DNA of 64,000 bases from Octopus sinensis (GCF_006345805.1 NC_043003.1:109554001-109618000); one strand, 5' to 3'. Positions 13,763-27,531 are shown, numbered from the stretch's first letter. A program made the numbers and translations. The notes: generated by a model not told the origin, from the sequence alone.

Positions 13763-14166
13763 CATATAACATTAGTAAAGAATATTAAAATATATGTTTT
13801 GTAAATCTATTTATATGTTAAGTAGGTGGGTAAGCAACACGATTATCTCATAACAGGTGAATTAGTTCTCCAAAATAATGGAAGCGATAGTAATTCAAAA
13901 ACGAAAGCATTAGTACTATTTCATTGAACGGTTTCATTTTTCTGAAAATTTTAAATGATGATGTTTTAATACGCTCTGGACGGAAAGATGTAATTAAAAA
14001 AGGAATTTAAAATATATTTATGTGCTTCAAAAAATATGTTTACATGCTTCAAATGCAAACAGAATATATTTGCATATCAGTCAAAAAAATAATTATAAAT
14101 ATAGACATATTAAAAAAACAAAATAAAATAACAGCCTGCTCGTTCCCATAACTCTAATGCATTTCC

Positions 14167-14487
14167 GGTGAGGGCGCGTGGCTTAGTGGTTAGGGCATTC
14201 GGCTCATGATCGTAAGGTTGTGAGTTCGATTCCCGGCGACGCGTTGTGTCCTTGAGCAAGACACTTTATTTCACGTTGCTCCAGTCCACTCAGCTGGCAA
14301 AAATGAGTTGTACTTGTATTTCAAAGGGTCAGCCTTGTCACTCTCTGTGTCACGCTGATTATCCCCGAGAACTACGTTAAGGGTACACGTGTCTGTGGAA
14401 TGCTCAGCCATTTGCACGTTAATTTCACGAGCAACCTGTTCCGTTGATCGTATCAGCTGGGACCCTCGTCGTCGTAACCGGCGGAGT
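14167..14487 (+). mobile_element. tRNA-derived SINE family C
   Basis: A-box-like tggcttagtgg, B-box gagttcgattccc, gtgtccttgagcaagacactttatttcacgttgctccagtccactcagctggc. Confidence 0.9.
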
Positions 14488-15330
14488 CAAAGAATGCATT
14501 TCCGATAAAAAAAGAAAGTAAAAGAAAAAGTAAAAACAAAACATACAAATCCAAAGAATATTTTTTCTTTTTAATAAAACGGTATAGTAAAAAGTTCGAG
14601 AGTCGGTTGTGATGTAGAAATTCTTACTCTTAAACTAATCGTTACTGGAAAGTTGGTAGAAGACTATAGGCTTTAAGATATATATATGATGATTGCTCCA
14701 TCGTCAGAAGTGATTGCCATTTCTTTGTGCTTCCTTGTCGCCAATGACATTTTTGACTGTTCGTCCATGATTTCTCAGATGACCATCCAGTTCCGCTGCA
14801 GAACTGAACGGTTTGAAGCATGGGTGACAGACGAAGGTTCTAACTTAACAGCGCACTTCTAACCAGTCAGGTCCGCACACACCACCGCTCGTCTATTACC
14901 ATAGGACTTTCAGTAGATGAGATGACAAACGAAGTCACCATAAAGAGACATCCATACGTCATTATATTATGTGATAAATGCATGTACATCACGAGTACCT
15001 CTCTCTGAGTCTCTGTGATTAGTATCTAGTGACAGGTCGAAGCGTGAAGAGCGATAATATCGTGAAAACCCAGATTATACATCTGAATATTCCTCTCCTA
15101 GAATGATGCTATGATAACAGCTCAGGGTCCCTCACTCCCGGTCCCATAGTGGATAACCTAAAGACGGAACACTGATAGGTGCTTTAACTCTGGGTCAGAG
15201 TCGACTTGGGATCAATAGTGACTAGGTGGCGGTTTCACACTCCTCAAAATCTTAGAACTCCCAAACCAGGCCCCAATAACGGATACAGTTTAGTCATACA
15301 TACATACTTACATAAATACACACACACACA

Positions 15331-15378
<48 letters not shown>

Positions 15379-15388
15379 ACATATTCGC

Positions 15389-15669
<281 letters not shown>

Positions 15670-16233
15670 ATAATATAATATATATACACATACACGCATA
15701 CATACAAACACAGATACATATCTCAGTCTTTCCCTGTCGGTTTACGTACGTATGAATGAATGTATGTATGTATGTATGTATGTATGTATGTATGTATGTA
15801 TGTATGTATGTATGTATGTATGTACAAAACAAAAAACCCTCCATCTTCCAACACTGTTTACAAGGCTCTATGCTTGGAATGACCATATATAACTACCATT
15901 GGATCTCACACACCAGGTACAAGAAAATTTCTTCGCCTCCCAAATTTTTTTCACCATTCATATACACCATTCTACTTGAATAATGGAACTGCAAATACAA
16001 TATCTTTATGCATCTCACTTTTATATTCATTCTCTAACGTCTCTCTGTATTTCATATCTTCTCTACAATAATTAATACTCAAACATTTTCCTACACTGTC
16101 TCCCATGAAGCGATATACAAAATATCCCGGAAACAGCTGTAAGACCCTTTCTTGATAAATGCTATGAAATCTGTTCTCCGACTTTTTAAAAATCTAATTC
16201 TGTCAATTTATATATATATATATAATATATATA

Positions 16234-16303
<70 letters not shown>

Positions 16304-16731
16304 ATGTATGTCTCTGTATGTATGTATGTATATATGTATGATTAAATCTTGTAATATATAATCAATGCTGTCTTTTATTGATATAGGGTCTTGAACGTTA
16401 ATGCCCTGTTAGTGCCAGATGTATATGTTGAGAAAGAACTAATTAAGGTGTGTCTACAGCTAACCATCAAAATATATGGGAAAAACCATTAAACTATGTG
16501 TACAGCTATTAAATTAAATATCCGTATTGGACTAATGACTTCGACTTGTCATAGTTGAAGGCGTTACAGAAGTAGTCTTCAGTGGAAAAAGAGAGGTGTT
16601 ATAATCAAATTTGTCTTTAAGATCGGCTTGATGGTATATACACCGGGTTTGTCATCAGGCCTCAAAACATCTCATGGTGTGAATATAAAGCCAAAGAGGA
16701 AATTTAAGAATACATCCCCTTATCTAGAGCA

Positions 16732-16875
16732 TTATTTCTTTCTTTATTGCCCACGGGGGGCTAAACACAGAGGGGACAAACAAGGACAGACAAACGGATT
16801 AAGTCGAGTATATCGACCCCAGTGCGTAACTGGTACTTAATTTATCGAGCCCGAAAGGATGAAAGGCTAAGTCGC
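16732..16875 (-). mobile_element. 5'-truncated SINE family A with L1/Tx1-like tail
   Basis: Same tail as 2573-2628 (tctttattgcccacggggggctaaacacagaggggacaaacaaggacagaca on the plus strand). Confidence 0.85.
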
Positions 16876-16993
16876 TGGACTAGTGTTGCCGGCCTCATCT
16901 ATTTGTGCTGATCAAATAGCCATATGGGATGCATTATTTAGAAGTTGGGGCATTAGAAATTGGTTCTTAGCGTTTATGTTTTCACTGTTATAG

Positions 16994-17154
16994 CCCCAGA
17001 GAGTCCACAAAGCATATGCGCATTTGTTGAGCACGTTTCATGAAAAATATCTCGCCAAGTCACATTGTGATGTACCCTGGGAGGTATGTGTGTGTGCTTT
17101 GTTATGGAATATGTATGACCCCAAGGAAGTTAATTTCATGTTGAGCACTTACAG
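16994..17154 (+). CDS. Candidate internal coding exon (PQRVHKAYAHLLSTFHEKYLAKSHCDVPWEVCVCALLWNMYDPKEVNFMLSTY), weak resemblance to an NB-ARC/APAF-1 winged-helix segment
   Basis: Acceptor gttttcactgttatag, consensus donor CAG|GTAAGT, single open frame of 53 codons + 2 nt. The homology is a from-memory resemblance only. Confidence 0.4.
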
Positions 17155-17402
17155 GTAAGTTTATTTTCCATCGGTTGAATAAATAAGTAAAGTGGTTTTG
17201 ATTTTCGGTACAGTGGTCTGTTCTTGACTGTTCTATATCCATCTGACCCTTCGTAATTGATAGCCTTATAGAGCTGTCTTTTATATACACCACCTAATTA
17301 GAACTATAATTCTCGAAACAGAACAAGATTTTTTTATCTAGTTGGATATAAAAGTTGCAGATTTTCGTTACAACGAATCTACCAAAGGTTTCATCACTAG
17401 CG

Positions 17403-17658
17403 AGTGGAGGCGCGTGGCTTAGTGGTTAGGATGTCAGCATCATGATCATAAGATTGTGGTTTCGATTCCTGGATCGGACGACGCGTTGTGTTCTTGAGCA
17501 AAACACTTCATTTCACGTTACTCCAGTCCACTCAGCTGGCAAAAATGAGTAATGCTGCGATGGACTGGCGTCTTGTTCAGCTGGGGAACACATACGCCAT
17601 TGAAACCGGGAAACCGGGCCCATGAGCCTGGATAGGCTTTAAAAAAGGCGCATTTATT
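17403..17658 (+). mobile_element. tRNA-derived SINE family C, short-tail subfamily
   Basis: ggaggcgcgtggcttagtggttagg head; inverted twin of 13508-13762. Confidence 0.9.
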
Positions 17659-17888
17659 ATTTTTTATTTATCCATCCCAGGCAGTTTTATACTTATGTAA
17701 CCTTAACTGATTGATAGTCTTATATAGCTATCTGTTATACACCGACTGGTAAGAGATGTAGTTCTCGAAACAGGACATTCAGCAAAAAAGACTTGCTATG
17801 TGATAAATTCGTTCGTATTACTTTTATATTTTGTATAAGAAGCTGGTTCATTCCTTTTTTTTGTTTATTGTTTAGACTTGATATTATA

Positions 17889-17990
17889 ACCCTAAATAAT
17901 TCATGATTTATGCAAACATTTGTTGAGCAATTTTAATGAAAATATCTCGCTAGGACTAATTATGATGTATTCTTTGAGATACGTACGTCT
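17889..17990 (+). pseudogene. Decayed duplicate of the 16994 candidate exon
   Basis: Colinear with 16994-17090 (catttgttgagca...atatctcgc...tgatgta...gag). Acceptor AG changed to AA, CAG changed to TAA, and a 1-nt deletion. Confidence 0.55.
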
Positions 17991-19024
17991 CTGGTTACCA
18001 AGTGTTACGTATGTAAGCGTTCGCACTCACACACTCTTATATTTGCAAACACATACATCGAAGCATGCATAAATATAAATATAAATATAAATATAAATAT
18101 AAATATAAATATAAATATATATAGGTATGTATGCGTTTGTATCGCTCCGCCACAAACGATGACGTAAGTCTTTGTGAAGTATTTACGCTTCTACTCTTCT
18201 GTGAAATGGAAAGTCCTTTCAATGAAGTTGAAAACCTTGCATTCTCACCAAAACACACACATACACACAAACACACACCACACACACATACACACACACA
18301 CATACACACACACACACACGTACAGCACACACAAACATGGTACGACACACACGTGTTCAGAGAACATATATGCCTGTAAGCCAACGCATTGCATAGTAAA
18401 AGTCTTCTCATTCACTAGCACACGAATAAGCACACACACACACACGTACACATACACATACACCACCCACACACGTACACATAAAAATTCACCACTTACA
18501 CACACATACACCCTTACACAGAGTTAAGTACAATCCATAAGCACACACATAAATATAGTAACACACAAACAATACAATAACATACACGCACATAAATAGA
18601 CAGCATCACAGAACACTTAGGGAAGATCTTATGCATATATATACACATATACGCATATAACGGAATTATATATATATACACGTCTATATTAGCACAGTCC
18701 GCATACAAAGCTTGCACGTACGCACACATAGACATACAAAGGAGTAATACACACAAACACGCAGCCACACATTTATATATGGAATGCAATACAAGACACT
18801 TTCGCAAGTGCACACGCACTCATACATATGAATAGTAACACAATAAATACACACGTATTATATTGACATATCGCAATCAGCGCATACACTCACATAAGTA
18901 AAGAAACATACAACACATACACACAATTATGTAAGCAGACACATACATATATTTATACTAACAACATACTTAGAGCGAAACTACAAGAACGGAACACTAA
19001 CAATTCACACCATTCGAGCCTGAT

Positions 19025-19300
19025 CGTTACCAGCATCGCCTTACTGGCACCTGTGCCGGTGGCATGTGTAAAAGATTTGAGTGAGGTCGTTGCCAGTACC
19101 GCCTGACTGGCCCTCATGCCGGTGGCACGTAAAAGCACCCACTACACTCTCAGAGTGGTTGGCGTTAGGAAGGGCATCCAGCTGTAGAAACTCTGCCAGA
19201 TCAAGATCGAAGCCTGGTGCAGCCATCTGGTTCGCCAGTCCTCAGTCAAATCTCCAACGCATGCTAGCAAGGAAAGTGGACGTTAAACGATGATGATGAT
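19025..19300 (+). mobile_element. Interspersed retroposon 3' portion with (GAT)n tail (probably RTE-associated)
   Basis: gccggtggcacgtaaaagcacccactacactctcagagtggttggcgttaggaagggcatccagctgtagaaac...ggacgttaaacgatgatgat; recognised as a high-copy family motif. Confidence 0.7.
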
Positions 19301-20155
19301 ATATATATATATATATATATATAAATATACATATACCCCCCCATATATATATATATAATTAGTTAAAATTTTTGCCACAAGGGTAGCTAGGGAGAGGTGC
19401 GGATGAGTCGATTGCATGATCATCATACACAGGACTGCACTGAAAACTATATAGAGCATCTACTTGTTATTGAATTCATACACAAGCATCAACACAAAGA
19501 ATACTGGTGGAATATTTGTCTGTGATATGTAAATGTAATAAGCTGGATATTGGTGTTTGGGACAGACAAGGCAAAGTATTGTACCGTCATAGAGATCAGC
19601 TGTCCTGCTGTTGTGAATATCTCTCTGAAAATAAAAGAGAAAGAGGATAACTACGGACAACTTTCAAAACCTCCAGCTTAAATATCCAGATTATAAATTC
19701 ACATTTATATCAATAATAATTAGTTATTTGGCTTTGTGAGAAAATGCCAAAGCGACAATCTGGATAAGCTGGGGTTTTCAGAACAAGAAATCAACCAACT
19801 AAATCGCACATTACAAATACAATTTATGAGTGGATCAGTAAAAACACGCAACTCTTCTCTGAAGTTTGAAAAGCGACATATTTTTTGTTATCTACGTTCC
19901 AAAGATGGAGCTTTGTATCTTTGTTAAAAACCAGCTCCTTCCTCAGAGAAAGAATTTAAATAGTTAAAAACAGAAGAGAACATAGATAGATAGATATATA
20001 CATACATTCATACATACATACCTATATACATACATGTACTTACACTCACACACACACACACGCACATACATATGCATGTATGATATATACACGCACATAC
20101 TAAGTTAACCCGTATTAATGCAAAAGAGGGCATAACCTTTTCCTCTTAACTGACA

Positions 20156-21090
20156 CAGGGTGTTCCGATTGCTTATGTTGGTCGAGTAAATCTTTCTCTA
20201 TACAACAAATCTATGAAATGTTTCATCACAAGCGAAGCATTTGCACCAACATTGAACCCCGCTCTTGGAGCCGCATTGAATAAAAAAATCAGCTGTGCAT
20301 TGTTGTACCCCTTCTTCACAGCTAGCTTCATCACATCCGTGTCATCAAAGGGTTATCCTTAAATACTTTTCTTCATTGGACCGAAAAAGTGAAAGTCGGG
20401 GGATTTAATTCGTTGCCAAAGATATGTGGGTCGTTCATTATCATGATGAATGTAAACTGTTTACAGATACTTTTTTTTTCTGTCTCTTCCTTAGAATGGA
20501 TTCTTTAATATTTTTGAGTGTCTCAATGTACCACTCGCTGTTCATAGGCACGTTCCAGAGAAACAAGGAAGACGACGTCCTTGTCACCCCCACCATACAA
20601 AATAGGTACTATGACTTTCTGTGCCGAAAGAGGGCTTTTGAACATTTTAGGCCCTGGAAGAGAGGCTTGACGCCATCTCATGGACTGAGCTTTCGTTTCC
20701 AGATCATAATGATACATCCACGTTTCATCCTCTGCCACCAGATGGGAAAAAGGGTCTTCATTGGTTTCAGTTACTTCTGCTCTTCTCTCCTTCAAATCCG
20801 GTGTCAACTGCAAAGGTACTCACATTTTCCATCACCTAAAATCTTCCTGTATCTTCGATAAAGCATTGTGACCATAATCCAGTTGTGAAAAGGGCTCACG
20901 TTACAGATTGTGACATGTCGGATTGTGCGAATCACCATTCGAGCGATCAGACAGTTCCTTACAGACAGTAGCTCAGTTTCCCCTTTGTTCATTCGCCAGT
21001 AAACGAAGCACAAATTACAGTTTTTAAAAATATTGAGTTGCACGAAGTTTCATGGATGCCTACTTCTCCAGAAACTTCACGAACACCCAG
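20156..21090 (-). mobile_element. Degenerate, internally deleted mariner transposon
   Basis: Minus-strand pieces VPLQLTPDLKERR, DETWMYHYDLETKAQSMRW, HHDNERPH and PPDFHFFGPMKK are mariner transposase motifs. Weak terminal matches cagggtgttcc / gaacacccag. Confidence 0.85.
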
Positions 21091-21279
21091 ACAACGGTTA
21101 CCAAAGAACCTAGCAACCACATTAGTAACGTGTTCGTTGTCCGTTGCTGTGGAATGTTATCTATATTTGGGATCACCTTCGAGGATTGCTCTTCATGATT
21201 TGACATGCTGGGGTCACTTCCGACGAATCTTCCCCATGGGTCAGTTGCAGCGTTAGAGATAAGTCTCTGTAAAACTTTT

Positions 21280-21695
21280 GGATCTTTTCGGTTTGAACGG
21301 CAGTTTTTTTCTAGCGGTGTCATATGAAGTTGTCACCCATAATTATGACCCTAGTATCGATCTATTGCATTTCAATCTGTTTTAGGGTTAGGGTTAGGGG
21401 TGGGTATCTGGGTATCTTTTTTTCTTCAGAAATGTAAATAAACCCAATCTGTTTCTTAAAGGAGGGACATATTCATACGGCACAGAATGTTTTTTTTACC
21501 TCAACAGACGTCATTGGTTGAAATTGCAGAAATTGAAGAAAAAAAACAACAAATATCTTACAAACTATAGAATTTTCTCAATAAAGCCAAGAGAAAAAGA
21601 TGTTTTATAAACGCATTCTACCAGTATACGAAATTTAAATTTTTTTAGTTACCTAGAAATTATGTTAAAAACTGCCGTCCAAACCGAAAAGATCC
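21280..21695. mobile_element. MITE-like element with about 28-bp TIRs and internal (TTAGGG)3
   Basis: ggatcttttcggtttgaacggcagtttt (21280) versus aaaactgccgtccaaaccgaaaagatcc (ending 21695), 1 mismatch; ttagggttagggttaggg at 21382-21399. Confidence 0.85.
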
Positions 21696-22377
21696 AAAGT
21701 TTTCCAATTTTGAAGTAGAATTTCGCACAAACACGTTACCTTTCTTTTAGCTTTATTGTTTAAATTGTGACAAATTGACATGAGAAATAAATATTCGTCT
21801 ATTCTAACACGTGAATATCGATCACCTACAGAGATGGCGTAGTCTGATTATTATTAGACGGAAAGATCAAAGTCAGCCATACGTAGCGCTGTCGTAGCGA
21901 GCACGGTGCAACGGTTGGTTGGTTGGGGCACCGCTTTAAAAGTTTAAAAGTTGACTTTCTTTTGAGACAACCCCAGCGTACATGCATACATACACAAATA
22001 CACACATATGCACACACATATATGCATGCATGCAGCTAATCTATCTATATGTGTTTATGCACGTATTTGTGTATGTATTGCATGTGCAAGTGTGTGTGCA
22101 CGCATGGAGAGGGAGAGAGAGGGAGAGAGAGATAGAGTAATAGATATTAGTCGCCACTTGGGCAGTTTTGCAAATATATACGTGTACTGCACACACACAT
22201 GCACGCACACATACACACTCACACACGTGCACGCACACACACATACACACACTCACGCACACACGCACGCACGTTCGTGCACATACGTACATATACACAC
22301 AAACATGAGAACACAAAGGCTCGTCCATCATTTATACATAATACCGGCCACCACACACACACACCACACCACACGTG

Positions 22378-22691
22378 GATGTATGTATGTTTGTTTGTAT
22401 GTATGTATGTATGTATGTATGTATGTATGTATGTATGTATGTATGTATGTGTGTATGTATGTATGTGTGTATGTATGTATGTATGTATGTGTGTGTGTGT
22501 GTGAGTGTGTATATATGTATGTATGTATGCATGTATGTATGTATGTATTTATGTATGTATGTATGTATGTGTGTGAGTGTGTATGTATATATGTATGTGT
22601 GTATCTATTTATGTGTATATGTATGTATATATGTATGCAAGTATATATGCATGTGTGAGTGTGCATGTATATATGTATGTTTGTATGTATG

Positions 22692-22725
<34 letters not shown>

Positions 22726-22750
22726 CGTATGTATATAGGTATGTATGTAT
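22378..22750. repeat. (TATG)n/(TG)n microsatellite
   Basis: Directly visible. Confidence 0.95.
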
Positions 22751-24299
22751 GAGATAGCAAAAGAATAAAACAAATACAAATAGAAATACAACAATAGCGC
22801 CATCAACCGACACAATAATAAAACTTGTATAATGTATCAGATAGAACATTACGCATCATACATCATCTTTGCTAGTGACGTTTAACCTTTTACTGCCAAG
22901 AATGTGTTTTTGTTTATTGTTTCGGTTGCTGGCAAGTTGCAGCAGTAGCCACGTCTCGCACACAGGCACACACACACTTGTACACACACACACACACACA
23001 CACACTCTCTCTCTCTCTCTCTCTCTCTCACGCACACACACATACACGTACACATATATATTTATAAATATGTACACACGCGTATACGTATGCACATACA
23101 CGCACAAATATAGTTATAAATGTTTGAGCGAAGCAGATAAAAACGTAGCTAGGGTCAAGTACTCAATACTCAAAGTCTGTGTATTTTATTAGAATGAAGC
23201 TTCATGATTCATAACCAAGTTCCACGTTAACGATTATTCAAACGATTGATGTAGAGAAGCAATATGCTATTATATGCGTAAAATATACATAAACGTAACG
23301 AAATAAGATCAGCGTACAGTTCAATGGATTTCAATTGATTACCTCTAAAAGAAAAGAAAAAAATCGCTAGAAACATATACTTTCATGTATCTAGTTAATT
23401 ATCATGTACGTAACATGGATTATATTCAGCTACTTTCTTGGTTTTTTAATCTTTGATGTTTTTTTAATCTTTGGTACTATGTTTAAAAATCATACATTGG
23501 GAAAGTGGGCTGTTGTTGACAAGGTTTTAGTGTTCGTGAATACAGGAATTTTTTTCAACCATACGGTCAGTTTTCACAGTATGGTAAATCCAACATATAG
23601 AAAATTTTCATAAGAAATTCCCTTAGAAATAACGATAGAAATATCAATGAGAATTCATCAATTCTGAAACATTTGTATAACATTCCAAAAGACTATTATA
23701 TAATTTCATCCATCAGCTAATGTGAGGATACCTTCTGCTGGTGTAATCAATACAGCGAGAGACAAATGTTCTATTGTAGACTGATTGATTTTATAATCTT
23801 AATGTTAATATTATCATCTTTTAAATCCCAGATATATGTGTATAATACTGTGGTATGATGCTTTTCTAATCTGAATGTTTACATATCTTGCGAGAATATA
23901 TTCCTACATTCTTAAAAAGACTTTTAGTAAGCCCTATGTAGCTTTTTGCTTCATTGTTATTAACAACAGAAATATTAACTTGATATACTTATGTTTTAGA
24001 AAGACATATACCACTGGGATGGGAAATATTAAGGTTACTGTAGTTACGAAGAGGAGAAGGGTTTCGTGTGTTCCTACTGGACAGAATTTCTCTACTTATA
24101 CTGGTTATGGAAGAAATGAAGTTTTTATTACCATTTTAGTGAGATTAACACAATTTTTAGCAAAGGTCCTATCTGTGATCTACAAGGGAATATTCTTTTT
24201 TTAAAGAAAAACCTCGACATAAAGGGAAAGAAAATTTAAAAACAGTTAAGATTATAGCATGTATTTCGAATTAAGTTACGGGGACATAAACATACCAAC

Positions 24300-24515
24300 A
24301 TCGGCTGTCAAGTGACGGTGAGGTAAAACCACAGATACCCAGACACACACACACAACGGTTCTCTTTCAGTTTTCCGCCTACCAAATCCACTCATAATGC
24401 TTTGGTCTGCCCAAGGCTATAGTAGAAAACAATTGTCTAAGGTGCCACGCAATGGAACTGAACCCGGAACCATGTGGTTGGGAAGCAAGCTTCTTACCAC
24501 ACAGCTACACCTATC
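24300..24515 (-). mobile_element. SINE family B
   Basis: Reverse complement of head taggtgtagctgtgtggtaagaagcttgcttccc...gggttcagttcc...ggcaccttagac. Confidence 0.85.
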
Positions 24516-26304
24516 GTATAATAATTCTATAAGAACATAACTAAATACCCAATGTATATTTTATATATTATATTACGGCTAGTTATTGGATTGTGTTGTT
24601 TGGCGAAATTTTTGAAATAAATAAATAAAGGCAGTTGACAGCCATTTACTCAGGCTAAAACTATTCTCATACACTTTTTATACAATGCGATCAAATCTTG
24701 GTGATAGAAGGCGAAATTCTTGCACCAATATCCTGCTATCAGTTCCAGGCACGTAGAAGATCTGTTAGGCATTTGTGTTATGACTACATCATTTATTTCA
24801 TTTTGTTTTTGTTCAAAATATTTGTATAAGCTCTGTTCTAGGCTTTCCAACCATGTCCTTGCTTGGTAAACTTATGAATTCTTCTCCATATAGAACATTT
24901 TGCAGCTTTCACCTTGTTATTCTCATGGAGTGTCTTCTATCGAAATCGTGTTGTTTACGATATAACCACAACATACGTTGCTCTCGTATCGTTGGTCACA
25001 AGAGAAAGTTAGAACTAGTTTCAGGTTTCCAGAGTTAATAACAACTAAGTATTAATAACGTGGTGAGAACAAACCATGCAATACAAACCGTCTGAAGAAC
25101 AGTTTTAACTCGTCTTTTGTCTTTATTGAAAAAACAAAAAACAAACTAACAAACAAAAACAACAAAAAACGAAACAAAATAACAGAAAAACAACGAAACA
25201 AAACAACAAAAATAAAAAGTTACAAATTTCTCAGTTCATTCCTTTACCATTAATTTTAATTTGCATATGCAAATACACTTTAGTATATTATTATATTAAA
25301 AATAAAAAAAATGCATGCATAATCTCGATTCTCCCACCAACGGAATTACCACGAAAGCTACAAAATAGAAATTGCTCCGGAATATTTTTGTTTATTTTTT
25401 TATCAGTAATATTGTTTCTTCTAAAATTCATTCATTCAATTTAATTTCGGATCAAATATTAAACAAGAGTAAACAAGAGTAAAGCTTATATTTTAAGACA
25501 AATATATTAAGCCTAGAAGATGGATGGCTGCGTGGTTAAGAGGCCATCTTTTGTAACTACGACCGTGGGGAAGTGTCCTCGACTTGGGCCGACCAGTGCT
25601 TTGTGAGAGAATTTGATAGATGGAAACTGCGTGGAATTATCGTCGTGTATAAGTGGTGGGTCTAGTGGTGATGGTAGTGGAGGTCATGGTGATGAGGAAG
25701 ATTATAGTGGTGTTGTTGATGGTGGTGTTGTTGATGGTGGTGGTGGTGTTGTTGATGGTGGTGGTGGTATCTAATATTGTGGTTCAGCCTCTGTTTTGCT
25801 CCGACTGAGCTGGACATATATTTCGGAGCTTCATAAGTGTGTGCCTTGTTTACCTCTAAACAAATTGTTATTGTTACATTTTATTGTTATAACTTGTGAC
25901 TAAATTAATCCAGACCATATTGGTCTGATTAACAGTTTTATTTTGTTTGCCCTGCGGGGCAAAAAAATCACTCGAAAAGAAAATTAACATTCCTTTCAAA
26001 ATTTAGAAAATTTAATTTGGCGTCGTCGTCTTTATCAGTAAGTCAACAAGAGACGGAAGTGCGAGAAGATGTAGAACGCGAAATTGTCTTTCGCCGTCAC
26101 TCGCCCCCACTCACTCTAGATGTAAATGATAATGGTAGTTGCAGGAGGAGTGGTAACAGTAATGACAACAACAACCACAGTGGAAGTGTCAGGAGTAATG
26201 AGTACTCGATCAAGGAAGCCCGAAATATAACTAACAGCAGCCAATTGTGCAAGGAAAATATCACAATTACCACCACCACCACCACCACCACGCATCCGTC
26301 ATAT

Positions 26305-27531
26305 GCTACAGCCTGACTGTCGTCCTTTGCCCCACTTCGTGCCTAAACAGACTGGTGCACTTGATCTTCTGCTTCTTGTGAAAGAGAAGAGTACCGCTTA
26401 TCAGACGGTACCGCTTGTCAGCCCCCGTTGCGTGGAGGACTGGACATGCCGTGGCTGTTGATGCGCAGATATGCGCTGAGGCTGCGATATTTCCAGCGAT
26501 ACCTTAACGGCGAGCAGGTGTGTTCGCCGTTCGTTAGACACGCTTTTCCGCAGCTCGTCTCCTTGACGGAGCTAAAGTACTGGATCAGGCGTAGATTGAG
26601 ACAGGGCGCTTGGTACTTAGAATGTCTCCAAGCGCTTACAGCCCTAGGCCAGTCGGCAATGTGGACGGTGGAAGTTCCCCCTTGGAGTTCTATTGGGGAT
26701 TAGTGGAGGGCAAGGGCAACGACGATCTCGGAGAGACTCTGGGCGTTGAGAGGGATCAACTGGCTGATCTCTTTTGGAGGATTTTCTGGCCGGGCCCTAT
26801 GGATAATTTCCAGAGATCTATGGCTTGACAGTGCTACCGGGGTGCGCTGCCGGTTCGTAATGTGCTGTCAGACGGTCTTGTCCGAGGTGCACGCGGAGCG
26901 AGGAAACCATTCTGCATGCACTAGTAGAGAGTCCGCTCATTACTGACTTGTGGAGCTTTGTTGAAGAGTTATTGTTGCATGTAGGACGGATCCGGCTATC
27001 GTCTGAATCCATCGTGAAGATTGCTTCGCCTCCTTCCTTTGGCCGGGAAGGAAAGGCAATTTTTCTCTGTGTGGTGGCTATAACGAACGAGGTTGTATTG
27101 TGGACTCGATTGAAAAATTTAAGACGGGTACCTTCGTCTTTGGCCGATGCCTCATTGACTTTTTCAGGTTCAACCTGAAAAGGAAGGTGAGACTGGAAAG
27201 GGTGGTGCTGTCACACAGTAAGTTTGTCAAAAGGTGGGTGAATGTAGCAAGGATGGCCCATGTGAATGGGCCTACTCTAGGTATGTGCTTTCAGGCCGTA
27301 TGGAGTGAAGAGGAGAGGGTTGCCTACCTGAGATGCCTTGGTGTTAGGAGCCCAAGGTGAGTGAGGTTTCTTTGGTCACCTCTCGGTAGATCTCCCACGT
27401 ATTGGGGAATTATATATTGTTTTGTAATTTTCTTTGCTAATTGTGTTTTGCTGTTTAAATGTATAACCTCACTGTCCATCGCCTGTGTATTGACCATTAT
27501 GTTTTGTGTTCGGTTGTTATGACCAATAAAG

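Noticed and set aside
21382-21399. TTAGGG repeats as an interstitial telomere or chromosome-fusion scar
   Set aside because: Only three units, and they lie inside a TIR-bounded element.
23999-24140. Frame KDIYHWDGKY*GYCSYEEEKGFVCSYWTEFLYLYW, faintly like APAF-1 helical domain 2
   Set aside because: In-frame stop, phase incompatible with the 16994 exon, and the resemblance is only a few residues.
24650-24875. Protein-like minus-strand ORF (WLESLEQSLYKYFEQKQ...)
   Set aside because: Weak acceptor, no convincing donor, stops upstream in frame, no recognisable family.
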